A stretch of DNA of 64,000 bases from an uncultured Planctomycetota bacterium (GTDB lineage: Bacteria > Planctomycetota > Planctomycetia > Pirellulales > Lacipirellulaceae), in contig CAVRBU010000004.1 of assembly GCA_963719315.1 (NCBI GenBank), forward strand, positions 160,001-224,000, given 5' to 3'. Position 1 is the first letter of the stretch, and each line of letters begins with the position of its first letter. The translations under genes and the position numbers were made by a program. The notes under the pieces are model-generated. The model was not told the origin of the DNA. It saw nothing but the letters and a program-made list of their open reading frames with translations, and searched no databases. This document shows, in pieces, positions 11,408-24,214 of the stretch.

Positions 11408-13717
11408 CTATTTCGTCGGCGCCGCCTGGATCTCGACGGTCGCCGGTCTGCTTTGGACCGTGATATTTTGACCCTTTACCACCGTTGTGGCAACCACGGT
11501 GAGATTCTCGAACTTACCTGGATTGGCTGATGAAGCTGCTGTAATTGGTATATTCGCCTGTTCCGCGTCTTTGGCGACGATGACAAAAATTGGCGTTGCA
11601 AGCCCCGCGGGACCGTCGCTAACGTGCAAACGCACCGGTTGCAGGTCATCGCCGAAGCGATGCACTTTCACCTCAGCTTGCTGTTGTTTGCCTGCGACAA
11701 TCGGCCCCAGCATGGCAACCGAGACGACCAGCGGCTTGGTAACGCGCAGCTTGACGTTGTTCAAAACCACCGTGCGGGATTGATCTTGAAACGTGCCGGT
11801 GCCTACGATTCGGATGGGAAATTCCCCCTCCGCCAAGTCAGCGGGACCGGTCAGCGAAACGCGAATTGCCTTGAGGCCGTCGCCAACCGGCGCGACTTTC
11901 GCCGTGATGCTGGCAGGCAACCCTTCGACGGCAATGTTCACCGCTTCTTTGAAAGCTTCGTTCGGCCTGCTGATGTTGACGTCGAAGCTCGACGCGCCGA
12001 CAAGTTGCGGGAAGTAGACCTCCGAGCTGGCCAACGACAGATCAAAGTACGGAGGAAATGGCGGTCCCACCCCGATCGCAATCGCATTGACCAATTGCGT
12101 GGGGAGCGATACGGCGTTGGGAAACACCGCCCTCAGCGGCTCGCGCTGGTCGATCGGCACCGTCACCGTACGTTCGCCAATCTTGGCCTTGCCGATGATC
12201 GTTGCCTGACGAACCTCGCCCGCTGGAATGTTGGCGGGCAACGTGATCTTGAGCAAAGTTTCGGCGCCGTCGAACGTATTGCCGGCCAGCGCGACTCCTT
12301 CGCCAAAACCGTTGACCGCTAGTTCAATGGGGCCGTTGTATCCTTGCCGCTTCGCAAGCACTTTCACCGTGAAAGTACCACCCTGCGGCGCAGAATACTG
12401 AAGCGCCTCCGCATTTAGCGAGAAACCTGAATACGCTTCGGTGACGTCGATGCGATAAACACGATCGGGCCCCGGCGCGCCGCCTGCGAACAGGTCTTCG
12501 ACTTGCAATGTGTACTCGCCGTCTTCGGGAATGTCGGCATCGAGCACGGTCTGGCGATCCTCGCGCACCTTCGCAAGTTTCGAGCCGTCGGCTTTGTGCA
12601 GACTCAGGTCCACATCACAGGGTGAGCCCAACTCGCGCGTCTTGGCGACGCAATGCACTCGCTGACCTTTTTGGGCCTTGAACTTGAAACAATCGTGGTC
12701 GTCGGGTTTATCGAGCCGCCCATTGAGGACGCTGGGAAACTGCGCCGGCGTCGCTTCGGAAGGATTGTCGTTTGGTTCCAGTTCGAGCCACTCACTTTCC
12801 GGGCCAACTTCAACCGGAAACCAGCCGGAGCCGGCGATTTCAGTCGTCGGCACACCAAAGTATGCCAGCCGGGTTGCATTATGTGTATCGGGAAGTGCGA
12901 CGTGCAGCTTTGCCAGGGGATTGGTTCCATACCCCGTCAATTCAAAGGACATGACGGTGCCACTCCGCCCGCCTAGCGGATACACGGACGTTACCAGCGG
13001 AAACGATCCCACGCGGAGCCGATAGCGATAATCATTGCCGCCGAGGTGCCGTACGTCGCCCAAAGCCAGCAGGTAATCACCATCGGACTCGAATGAGTGT
13101 GCAAAGCGACTATCGCCTCCCGATCCCTCGGCATCATCGAGCCGGATGACCTCTTGGCCATCGGCTTTCAATAACCGCAGAACGGGGTCGAGCTTCGAGC
13201 CGAGTCGCTGCGACACGACCTCAAATGAAATGTGCTGCCCAGCATCGGCATGGAACTGAAAAAAGTCTTCTTGAACCGCTTCACATTGGCTGTCAACTGC
13301 GATTGGCGGTTGAATCCGTTGTGCCTGCGCCGCCGCATGGTTGTCGGAGGCTTCGGTGGTTGTGGGAAGATCGTCCAACATGATGAGAATCGGATTCGAA
13401 ACTCCCTCGCCCGTGACAACGCGCACGGCGCCCAGGCCCACCTGTTCACCCCGCGGTACGGTCACGCGGCAGACCAGCTTCTCGGCCTGCTTTGAATTTT
13501 CGTCGCCGGCCGGCATGAACTCGCAGCGTGCCGCAAAGGTTGTCCAGAGATGGCGCGGCGATTGGAGATGCTGTCCGTGGATCACGATGTCAACGGATTT
13601 CCCAGGAGACAGGGCCATCGGTTCGATCTGTGTGATCTGTGGCGGCGCGGCGCCAAGTGGCCAGACAGGGGCCAAGAGCGTTAGGAGAAGACCGAGATAA
13701 CCGGTGCGTTTGCTCAT
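11408..13717 (-). CDS. PPC (pre-peptidase C-terminal)-domain secreted protein of the DUF1501 cassette
   Basis: Signal peptide; RLGSKLDPVL, ELEPND, NGRLDKPDDHDCFKF, YRLRVG repeats; paralog of 19330-21768. Confidence 0.85.
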   Translation of the reverse strand: MSKRTGYLGLLLTLLAPVWPLGAAPPQITQIEPMALSPGKSVDIVIHGQHLQSPRHLWTTFAARCEFMPAGDENSKQAEKLVCRVTVPRGEQVGLGAVRVVTGEGVSNPILIMLDDLPTTTEASDNHAAAQAQRIQPPIAVDSQCEAVQEDFFQFHADAGQHISFEVVSQRLGSKLDPVLRLLKADGQEVIRLDDAEGSGGDSRFAHSFESDGDYLLALGDVRHLGGNDYRYRLRVGSFPLVTSVYPLGGRSGTVMSFELTGYGTNPLAKLHVALPDTHNATRLAYFGVPTTEIAGSGWFPVEVGPESEWLELEPNDNPSEATPAQFPSVLNGRLDKPDDHDCFKFKAQKGQRVHCVAKTRELGSPCDVDLSLHKADGSKLAKVREDRQTVLDADIPEDGEYTLQVEDLFAGGAPGPDRVYRIDVTEAYSGFSLNAEALQYSAPQGGTFTVKVLAKRQGYNGPIELAVNGFGEGVALAGNTFDGAETLLKITLPANIPAGEVRQATIIGKAKIGERTVTVPIDQREPLRAVFPNAVSLPTQLVNAIAIGVGPPFPPYFDLSLASSEVYFPQLVGASSFDVNISRPNEAFKEAVNIAVEGLPASITAKVAPVGDGLKAIRVSLTGPADLAEGEFPIRIVGTGTFQDQSRTVVLNNVKLRVTKPLVVSVAMLGPIVAGKQQQAEVKVHRFGDDLQPVRLHVSDGPAGLATPIFVIVAKDAEQANIPITAASSANPGKFENLTVVATTVVKGQNITVQSRPATVEIQAAPTK

Positions 13718-13810
13718 ACACCTTTTATCATATTATTGGGGGTGTGATGACGCACAACATTTCCGGCATCATGCGGATCACGGCCAGAAAAAGCGGTATA
13801 AGGCGGGAAT

Positions 13811-14065
13811 TACGGCACGTTCGACCAGGGCGGCAACGACTGGGAGTGGAACGAAACGAAAGTGACCAGTTCGTCGCGTGGTCTGCGTGGCGGGTCTTTC
13901 AGCGGCGGCTCGGGCGAACTGCACGCGTCCTCCCGCTTCGACTACGATCCCACGGCCGAAATCTTCCTTGTGGGGTTTCGCGTCGCAAGTCCTGCCATCC
14001 CTGAGCCAAGCACGATGCTGCTTCTATGCTTTGGAAGTCTGGCGTTGTTGCGGCGGCGACGCTGA
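13811..14065 (+). pseudogene. Orphan 3' fragment of an FGE/SUMF1-family PEP-CTERM protein
   Basis: YGTFDQGGNDWEWNE...RGLRGGSF...VGFRVAS-IPEPSTMLLLCFGSLALLRRRR*; in-frame TAA at 13799-13801 and no start codon or N-terminal part. Confidence 0.8.
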
Positions 14066-14086
14066 GACTGACGCAGCGAAAGGAGA

Positions 14087-14157
14087 GGAACACTAATGTC
14101 CACAAATCTTCGCTAATAAGATTTGGATTAGCGCAGATTTGCGTCGATTAGTGTTCC
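14087..14157. repeat. Long imperfect hairpin (REP-like element)
   Basis: GGAACACTAAT..CAAATCT.CGCTAAT / ATTAGCG.AGATTTG..ATTAGTGTTCC. Confidence 0.7.
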
Positions 14158-14400
14158 GGGAATCGAATTCCGCCAAGCTAAAAAGCCGGTTTGCGTATCA
14201 ACCCGGAGCCTACCACGCTGCTGTTTCAATAAGTTGGAAGTCTGGCGGTGGGGGGCACCCGCAAAGGCCGCTGACGCCGTGCGGATCGACTCTCGCAACG
14301 GCTTGCCGCGCTAGAAAGCTGACTTGACCGGTCATGGCTCCCGCGGTTGAATAAGTGTGGTGGATGCTCCCGTTGGGGGTGGTTTATGCACGGAGCGAGT

Positions 14401-14601
14401 ATGACCCAGATTGAAGCAATTCAAGCCGAAATTGAATCCCTGTCGAGTGAAGACTTTGTCCGGCTCCGGGAGTGGATTGCCGAACGAGATTGGCAGAATT
14501 GGGATCGACAAATCGAGGTAGACTCCGCCGCGGGCAAGCTGGACTTCTTGCGGGAAGAAGTCCAAGCAGCGAAGCAGCAAGGAGAGTTGCGAGAACATTA
14601 A
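14401..14601 (+). CDS. Putative type II antitoxin (66 aa)
   Basis: MTQIEAIQAEIESLS...WDRQIEVDSAAGKLDFL; GGAG RBS; directly upstream of a RelE/ParE-like toxin frame. Confidence 0.75.
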   Translation: MTQIEAIQAEIESLSSEDFVRLREWIAERDWQNWDRQIEVDSAAGKLDFLREEVQAAKQQGELREH

Positions 14602-14853
14602 GAGCATCGAACAACGTCACAATTCTGTAAGCGTTTCAACGCGCTCCCTAAAGAAGTTCAGCAGTTGGCCCACAAGAACTTCCTGCTTCTCAAACAGGAT
14701 TCCCGGCACCCGTCCTTGCTGTTTAAGCAGCTTGGCAATCACTGGTCAGCGCGAGTAGGTCTCAACTACCGCGCACTTGCCGTGAAGGATGGTTCCGACT
14801 ACGTATGGGTATGGATAGGAACCCATGCGGAGTATGACAAGCTGATAAAGTGA
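14602..14853 (+). pseudogene. RelE/ParE-superfamily toxin lacking its expected start codon
   Basis: EHRTTSQFCKRFNALPKEVQQLAHKNFLLLKQDSRHPSL...WSARVGLNYRALA...WVWIGTHAEYDKL; same frame as, and immediately after, the antitoxin TAA. Confidence 0.7.
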
Positions 14854-14875
14854 CGGCCGGTCGTTCGCTTGCTTC

Positions 14876-16251
14876 TCAGCCGACCAGCTCCGTAATTGGG
14901 CTCGCCTCGGCCGCCACGGGACGCTGCAGGCGGCCTTGGGCGTCGGGTATCGCCACGTGGGGATCGATTCCCAGGTTGAGCAGCAGCGTTGCGTGAATAT
15001 CGCCAAACGTAACAGGGCGATCGATTACTTCGCCGGCTTGCTTATCGGTTGCGCCGATGACCTGCCCGGTTTTCATGCCGCCGCACGCCAATAGCGCGGA
15101 ATTAACGCGTGGCCAGTGATCGCGGCCGGCCGTGGCGTTGATCGTCGGCGTACGTCCAAATTCGCCCCACACGACCACGGACACGACTTTATCCAGCCCC
15201 CGTTCGTGCAGGTCTTGCACCAGCGCGGAGACGGAATTATCGAGCAGCGGGAATTCCGTTCGCCCTTGCCCGAAGTTATTGCCGTGCCAATCCCAGCGGC
15301 TGATATTGAGCGAAACAACCCGCGCCCGGCTTCGACCAAACGCCGTGCCACCAGCAGATTCTCGGTAACTCGCGGGGCGCCATCGTTAAGGTACTCCGCC
15401 ACGCCCTTGCCGTAGCGCTCGACGACTTTCGGATCCTCGCGGCTGGTATCGAGCGCCTCGACCAACTTCGGCGAAGCCAAGATGCTCCAAGCCTGGTCGA
15501 TGAACTGATCGCGCTCCTTTTTTATCGGTGAGGCTTCGACCGAATTTCGCCACTGATCGAGCGTCTTCAGCAGTTCGCGGCGGCCTTTAAGGCGATCCAA
15601 CGTCACATCGCGAAGCACAAGTTGTCCGGGGTCGGGCGCAAGGTCTTTAGTGCTCTTCACCTTGTGACCGGGGTCGTATTTGTCGACTAAGCCATACGGC
15701 GCGTACGGTGCGCCGAGGAAGCCACCGCCGCCCGGCGCACCCCAAGGCGCATGACTGGTTCGATAAAAGAGGGAGAGATTGGGCGGAATTTCCGGGCACG
15801 CCGGGCCTTCCAGCCGGGACACCCACGCGCCTAACGTCGGCGAATTGGGATCCAGTCGGGGCGACATGCACTGTTCCGCAAAGTGCGGGCCGCGGGCATC
15901 GACGATGCTCCGCACGATGGCTAGTTTGTCCATCATCGCAGCCAGCTTCGGAAATAGCTCGCATATCTGGATGCCAGGGACGTTCGTCTGGATGGGTTTG
16001 AACTCGCCGCGGATTTCCGCCGGGGCCTCAGGCTTGAGGTCCCACATGTCTTGGTGCGGCGGCCCGCCCGGCAAAAAGATATTGATCAGCGACTTATGCG
16101 TCGGCAGATTCCCCTGCTGAGCCTCGGCTCGCAGAAGCGAGGACAGGCTTAGCCCGCCTGCCATTGAGCCACCCACAATCAGGAAATCTCGTCGTGACAG
16201 GCCATCGCAGAATCGGCCGCGGTTTGCGATCTTCCCGAGTAGGGTTAGCAT
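14876..16251 (-). CDS. DUF1501 domain protein with Tat-like signal (frameshift near 15322)
   Basis: FCDGLSRRDFL, GGPPHQDMWDLKP, ARRLVEAG, GEFGRTP, GRDHWP; GGAGG RBS. Confidence 0.88.
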
Positions 16252-16284
16252 TTCCAGACCCTCCAGTGTTGGCGGACGCCCGGT

Positions 16285-16292
16285 ATTATAAT
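16285..16292. promoter_or_regulatory. Palindromic double -10 box (bidirectional promoter candidate)
   Basis: ATTATAAT reads TATAAT on both strands, centred in the 74-bp gap between divergent genes that each have an RBS. Confidence 0.6.
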
Positions 16293-16325
16293 GGTTCGCA
16301 GCGTAAATCCAACCAGGAAAACATC

Positions 16326-17711
16326 GTGCGACGACTCACAACAACGACTTATCCGATATTTCTTGCCGTTCTGGCCATTATTCCGCGCTACGCAATGGCC
16401 GAGGGTGCCCCGCCGACGCCAGTCAGCTTTATCCGCGACGTGGCCCCCATCCTGGTCCGCAAATGCCAGGCCTGCCACGGTCCGAAGGTCGCTGAGAGCA
16501 ATTACCGGCTCGACACGTTTGAATTGCTGATGCGACCGGGTGATTTCGGTTCGGCACCGGTTACAGCAGGAAGCTTGGACGACAGTGGACTCTACCAACT
16601 GATCACTGCGGACGATCCTGATGCGAGAATGCCGAACAATGGCGGCCGGCTCGCCGACTCCGAAATTCAAACCATTGCCAACTGGATTCGCGAAGGCGCC
16701 AAGTTCGACGGCCAAAATGCGGCAGCGTCGTTGCGCGATCAGATTCCTCGTGATATTCCCCACCCCGCCGCTCCAGCAGCCTACCCGGTTGCGATTCCCA
16801 TCACGGCGATGGCGTTCACTGCGGATGGTAGCCAATTGCTGGTCGGCGGGTACCACGAACTCTTAATCTGGGACCCGGCGGCTGCGAAACTTGTCGCACG
16901 AGTCGGAAATATACCCCAGCGGACGTTTGGCTTAACCTTCAACGCGGATAATTCCCTGCTGGCCGTGGCCGGCGGTTCGCCAGGAGTTGCCGGGGAGGTG
17001 CGGCTGATCCCCTGGGAGGGAGGACCAAAGCGCGACGCCGAACCAAAGATCCTGGCATCTCTCAATGACGTGTTCTTTGCCATCGCTTTCCGACCCGATG
17101 GGAAACAACTCGCTGCCGGTGGCGCCGACGGCTCGGTTCGCGTGTTCGACGTGACATCCGGTGTCGAGCGGCTGAGAATCAGTGGCCACTCCGACTGGGT
17201 GAACGGAGTATGCTATAGTCCCGACGGCAAGCTCATTGCCACCGCCAGCCGCGATAAGACCGCGAAGGTCTTTGACGCGGAGACGGGAAGCTTGCTCGCG
17301 ACACATTCGGAACACAATGCGCCTGTCCGGGCAGTTGCTTTCGCGCCGGACGGCAAGTCGGTAATCAGCGCCGGCGGAAGCCGTATCCGCGTTTGGAACG
17401 TTCTGGACTCGAAGTTGGTGGGCGAAATGACCGGCTTCCAAAACAACGTCTATGCTCTGTTGGCCAGTGGCGAAAACATTGTGGGAGCTTCCGCCGATCA
17501 GAGCGTTCGGCAGTTCAAGTTGTCGGACCGATCATTAGTTCGAGCGCTCACGCCGCATTCGGCATGGGTCTTGTCGCTCGCCTGGCATCCGCCGTCTCAC
17601 CGACTCGCCGCTGGTTGCTTCGATGGCACGGTGACGACCTGGGATCTGGAAAATGGAGCAATGGTGAAGCAGTTCTTGGCCGTCCCTGTGGCCGAACCGC
17701 CGAGAGAATAA
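16326..17711 (+). CDS. Planctomycete cytochrome c domain plus WD40 repeat protein
   Basis: SFIRDVAPIL..KCQACHG, distal RMP...WIREGA, followed by WD40 repeats (GHSDWV...SPDG); GTG start with AGGA RBS. Confidence 0.88.
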   Translation: MRRLTTTTYPIFLAVLAIIPRYAMAEGAPPTPVSFIRDVAPILVRKCQACHGPKVAESNYRLDTFELLMRPGDFGSAPVTAGSLDDSGLYQLITADDPDARMPNNGGRLADSEIQTIANWIREGAKFDGQNAAASLRDQIPRDIPHPAAPAAYPVAIPITAMAFTADGSQLLVGGYHELLIWDPAAAKLVARVGNIPQRTFGLTFNADNSLLAVAGGSPGVAGEVRLIPWEGGPKRDAEPKILASLNDVFFAIAFRPDGKQLAAGGADGSVRVFDVTSGVERLRISGHSDWVNGVCYSPDGKLIATASRDKTAKVFDAETGSLLATHSEHNAPVRAVAFAPDGKSVISAGGSRIRVWNVLDSKLVGEMTGFQNNVYALLASGENIVGASADQSVRQFKLSDRSLVRALTPHSAWVLSLAWHPPSHRLAAGCFDGTVTTWDLENGAMVKQFLAVPVAEPPRE

Positions 17712-17790
17712 AGCAAGCTGGGCAAACCGCGACGTTTCTGATGCAGGTAGAGGCGTTCAGGATTTTGTCTATACCCAGGCAAGAAACTGC

Positions 17791-17820
17791 TTGACATCAC
17801 GGGTGTCGCGGGATTAGTTT
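17791..17820 (+). promoter_or_regulatory. Sigma70-type promoter of the DUF1501 operon
   Basis: TTGACA-N18-TAGTTT about 200 bp upstream of ATG 18023. Confidence 0.5.
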
Positions 17821-18022
17821 AACCGAATCCTACCTCATACGTTGTGTTCGGCGTCAAGCAAGCCGGCGGTGCAACGTCCCACCTTAACAAAAAATGAAAC
17901 TCCTGAGGATCCGCTCAGGATTCTTCAGACCCGACGGCGATAGTTTCGCCGATTACGATAGATTGCGTCCGGGGGCTTCGGTACTTCCAATCAACTCTAG
18001 CTGTTTACGGGAGGACGGAACC

Positions 18023-19333
18023 ATGACATGTTGCCCAGGTAATCCGCTTAATCGCCGCGGTTTTTTGACGGTGGGCGCGATCGGCGGACTTGGCCTAACG
18101 CTGCCGGCCTTTTTTCGCCTGCAACAGGCCCAGGCCGAGCAGAAGTTTTACGAAAGTAAAGAAGGTTCAGCCAAGAGCGTCATTTATATCTTCATGCCGG
18201 GTGGAATGGCGCACCAGGAAACATTCGATCCCAAGCCGTTCGCTCCGGTCGAGTACCGCGGCCCGTTCAGCAGCATCGAAACGAACGTGCCCGGCGTGCG
18301 GCTCGGTCAGCATCTGCAAAAGACGGCTCAGGTTGCCGACAAGATCACGATCTGCCGTTCGATGACGCACGGCGAAGCGGCCCACGAGCGCGGCACGCAC
18401 AACATGTTTACTGGATATCGGCCAAGCCCCGCGCTCGTGTTTCCGAGCATGGGCAGCGTGGTGTCGCACGAATTCGGCCCGCGCGCCGACCTGCCACCCT
18501 ATGTTTGCATCCCGAGTATGCCGAACATCTACGCCGGCACCGGTTACTTGAGCTCTTCCTTCGGCGCGTTCAGCTTGGGCGACGATCCGGCGCGCGATGG
18601 TTTTCAAGTCCGCGATTTGCAGCGGCCCGCCGACGTCGACGATGCTCGATTCGAGGAGCGGCGGAAGATGCTCGACCTCGTGAACGATCACTTTCGCAAG
18701 CTGGAGAAGTCCGACGCGCTCGATGCCGTGGACACGAACTATCAGCGGGCTTACTCGCTCATCAGCTCGCAAAAAGCGCGCGAGGCGTTCGACATCGGCA
18801 AGGAGACGCCTCAAGTTCGCGATGAGTACGGTCGCAATCAGGCGGGCGCCCGGATGCTGCTCGCGCGGCGGTTGGTAGAGGCGGGCGTCCGGTTTGTGAC
18901 GCTGACTTACGGCAGTTGGGACTACCACGATAACATTGCCGCTGGCATGGGGAGCCAGCTTCCCGCCTTCGACCAGGCCTTTGCCACCTTGATTCGCGAT
19001 TTGGATCGTCGCAAATTGCTGGATTCGACCCTAGTGTGCGTGGCCTCTGAGTTTGGCCGGACGCCGAAGATCAATGGCACAGCGGGCCGCGATCATTGGC
19101 CCAAGGTGTTCAGCGTCGTCATGGCCGGCGGAGGCATTAAGCGCGGCACGGTGTATGGCAACTCCGACGCCACGGCCAGCGAACCGCAGGACAATCCACT
19201 CACGGTGGAGGATTGGGCCACGACCATTTACCAGTGCCTCGGTATTACGGCCGATAAAGAGCTCTTGGCTCCCGGCGGCCGGCCGGTGGAAATCGTCAAG
19301 GACGGCCAGGTCATTCGCGAGTTGCTGGCATGA
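18023..19333 (+). CDS. DUF1501 domain protein with Tat-like signal
   Basis: NRRGFL, GGMAHQETFDPKP, ARRLVEAGVRFV, WDYH, EFGRTP, GRDHWP; GGAGG RBS. Confidence 0.92.
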   Translation: MTCCPGNPLNRRGFLTVGAIGGLGLTLPAFFRLQQAQAEQKFYESKEGSAKSVIYIFMPGGMAHQETFDPKPFAPVEYRGPFSSIETNVPGVRLGQHLQKTAQVADKITICRSMTHGEAAHERGTHNMFTGYRPSPALVFPSMGSVVSHEFGPRADLPPYVCIPSMPNIYAGTGYLSSSFGAFSLGDDPARDGFQVRDLQRPADVDDARFEERRKMLDLVNDHFRKLEKSDALDAVDTNYQRAYSLISSQKAREAFDIGKETPQVRDEYGRNQAGARMLLARRLVEAGVRFVTLTYGSWDYHDNIAAGMGSQLPAFDQAFATLIRDLDRRKLLDSTLVCVASEFGRTPKINGTAGRDHWPKVFSVVMAGGGIKRGTVYGNSDATASEPQDNPLTVEDWATTIYQCLGITADKELLAPGGRPVEIVKDGQVIRELLA

Positions 19334-21768
19334 AACGCGCCTCCTGCTGGTTGCTTCCGCCGTTTCTCTCCGCCGTACTCATGATTTTGCTCGGCGGCCG
19401 GGCACACGCCGCCTCGCCGCAGCTTTCTTACGTGTTGCCGCCCGGAGTGCAGCGCGGTCATGAGCACGTGCTGACATTCACCGGCGCGCATTTGAAGGAT
19501 GCCGAGGAAGCGCTGCTGTACTCGACCGGTATCACGGTGAAGAAAGTCGAGGTTGTCGATCCGCAAAATGTGCGGGTGACGGTCGACGTGGCACCCGATT
19601 GCCGGCTGGGTGAGCATATAGTGCAGCTTCGCACTCACACGGGCGCCTCGGATTACCGTTCGTTCTTTGTCGGGGCGCTGCCGGGCGTGGATGAAAAAGA
19701 GCCAAACAACTCGTTCGACCAACCGCAGCCGATCGAGTTGAACGTGTGTGTGGCCGGTGTGCTTCAGAATGAGGATGCCGACTACTATCGCATCCACGCC
19801 ACGAAGGGCCAGCGGCTTTCAATCGAGATTGAGGGCATCCGCCTTGGCCAGGCGTATTTTGATCCTTATCTGGCGATACTCGATAAAAATCGATTCGAGT
19901 TGGCCGCGGTAGACGACACGGTGTTGCTGCGGCAGGACGGGTTCCTATCGGTGATCATTCCCGTAGACGGCGATTACACGATCCTAGTTCGCGAAAGTTC
20001 CTACCGCGGGGCCGAAAATTGCCGCTATCGCTTGCACGTGGGCAATTTCCCGCGTCCGTCGGTGGCCTATCCGGCCGGCGGCAAGCGGGGCGAGCAGCTC
20101 AAGGTGCTATTTCTCGGTGATGCGGCCGGTCCGATCGAGCGCCAAATCACCGTGCCCGTGGATCCAAAAGTCTCTGCCGACCAATTCGTTGAAGACGGCC
20201 CGGCTATAACCCCATCCGCCGTTCCGTTTCGCGCGTTTACCGACGGCAACGTCATGGAAACGGAACCTAACGACGCGTTCGAGACGGCCACTCAAGCCGA
20301 GTTGCCCCTCGCTCTGAACGGCCGGCTGGAGAAACCGGGCAACGTCGATTTTTTCAAATTCAGCGCTAAGAAAGGGCAAGTCTGGGAGATCGAGTGCTAT
20401 GCTCGCCGGATTGGTTCACCGGTCGATCCCGTAATCTACGTCTACAAAGCGGATAAGAATACGTTAGCCGGCAGCGACGATGCCCGTGGGCAGGATAGCT
20501 ACCTGCGCTGGCAGGTGCCGGAAGATGGCGACTATTACATTCGAGTCGCCGATCACTTGAATCAGGGTGGGCCCACGTATGTGTATCGAGTCGAATTGTC
20601 GCCTGTGGCGCCCTCGCTGAAAATCGGCATCCCCCGGGTTGACCGCTATTCGCAGACGCGCCAAACGATTGTTGTGCCACGCGGCAATCGCTACGGAACG
20701 CTGATCCTTGCGACCCGCGCGGATTTCGGCGGGCCGATCGAGCTGTTGCCGCAAAACCTGATCCCTGGAGTCACGATGACGGCGCAGCCGATGCACCCCA
20801 GCATGAATCTGATGCCCGTCGTGTTCGACGCCGCGGAGGACGCGCCAATCGACGGCGACCTGATTGACTTTCGCGCGAAGCTGGCCGACCCCAAGCAACC
20901 GCCGCTGGAAGGTGGTTTCGAAAACGTGGCCGACTTCGTTCTGGGCGAGCCGAACAACGCCGTGTACATCGCGGGCACAGTGCAAAAGGTGGCAATGGTC
21001 GTTGGCGACAAGGTACCGTACCACCTGGAAATCGTCCAACCGAAGGTGCCCCTCATCCGAGCCGGCACGATGAATCTCAAAGTGCTTGTGCACCGCGACG
21101 CCGGTTTTGATGCGCCGCTCACCGTGCTATTTCCGTTCAATCCGCCCGGCGTGGGTTCGGCCGGCGCGATCACGATCGACAAGGGGAAAAGCGAAGGGGT
21201 TTACCCTCTAAACGCCAATGGCGAGGCACTTCTCGGCAAATGGCCCATGATGGTGATTGGTGCTGCCGATATCGATGGTCAGGCCTGGGTTTCCTCGCAA
21301 CTTGCCGAACTGGACATCGCCGACCGCTATGTCAATTTCGACATGAAACGCGCGGCCTGCGATAAGGGACAGCCGACTCAAGTTCAGTGCATCTTGGCGC
21401 ACAACACGCCGTTCGAGGGCAACGCCAAAGCAGAGTTGCTCGGCTTGCCGCCGGGCACCACGGCCGATCCGGTGGAATTCACCAAGGACTCCAAGGAATT
21501 ATTATTCCAGGTGAAGACGACCAAAGACACGCCGGTCGGAAGTCACAAATCGCTATTCTGTCAGGTGACGATCACACAAAACGGCGAGCCGATCATCGGC
21601 ACTGTCGGCTCAACAGAGTTGCAGGTGAACGAGCCGCCCGCTGTCGCTGCCGCCGCACCAGCTCCTGCTGCCGCCGCGGCTGCTACGCCCGCCGCCGCTC
21701 CCGCCGCAAAACCGCTTTCGCGCTTGGAGCAGCTTCGCGCCAAGGTCCACCATCCGGAGGCAAAGTAA
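19330..21768 (+). CDS. PPC-domain secreted protein
   Basis: ATGA overlap with DUF1501; PPGVQRG, EKEPNN, ETEPND, YRLHVG, NGRLEKPGNVD; Ala/Pro-rich tail. Confidence 0.88.
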   Translation: MKRASCWLLPPFLSAVLMILLGGRAHAASPQLSYVLPPGVQRGHEHVLTFTGAHLKDAEEALLYSTGITVKKVEVVDPQNVRVTVDVAPDCRLGEHIVQLRTHTGASDYRSFFVGALPGVDEKEPNNSFDQPQPIELNVCVAGVLQNEDADYYRIHATKGQRLSIEIEGIRLGQAYFDPYLAILDKNRFELAAVDDTVLLRQDGFLSVIIPVDGDYTILVRESSYRGAENCRYRLHVGNFPRPSVAYPAGGKRGEQLKVLFLGDAAGPIERQITVPVDPKVSADQFVEDGPAITPSAVPFRAFTDGNVMETEPNDAFETATQAELPLALNGRLEKPGNVDFFKFSAKKGQVWEIECYARRIGSPVDPVIYVYKADKNTLAGSDDARGQDSYLRWQVPEDGDYYIRVADHLNQGGPTYVYRVELSPVAPSLKIGIPRVDRYSQTRQTIVVPRGNRYGTLILATRADFGGPIELLPQNLIPGVTMTAQPMHPSMNLMPVVFDAAEDAPIDGDLIDFRAKLADPKQPPLEGGFENVADFVLGEPNNAVYIAGTVQKVAMVVGDKVPYHLEIVQPKVPLIRAGTMNLKVLVHRDAGFDAPLTVLFPFNPPGVGSAGAITIDKGKSEGVYPLNANGEALLGKWPMMVIGAADIDGQAWVSSQLAELDIADRYVNFDMKRAACDKGQPTQVQCILAHNTPFEGNAKAELLGLPPGTTADPVEFTKDSKELLFQVKTTKDTPVGSHKSLFCQVTITQNGEPIIGTVGSTELQVNEPPAVAAAAPAPAAAAAATPAAAPAAKPLSRLEQLRAKVHHPEAK

Positions 21769-21770
21769 CC

Positions 21771-24212
<2,442 letters not shown>

Positions 24213-24214
24213 CG

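Noticed and set aside
21640..21710. GCC/GCT-rich tandem repeat
   Set aside because: Simply encodes an Ala/Pro linker
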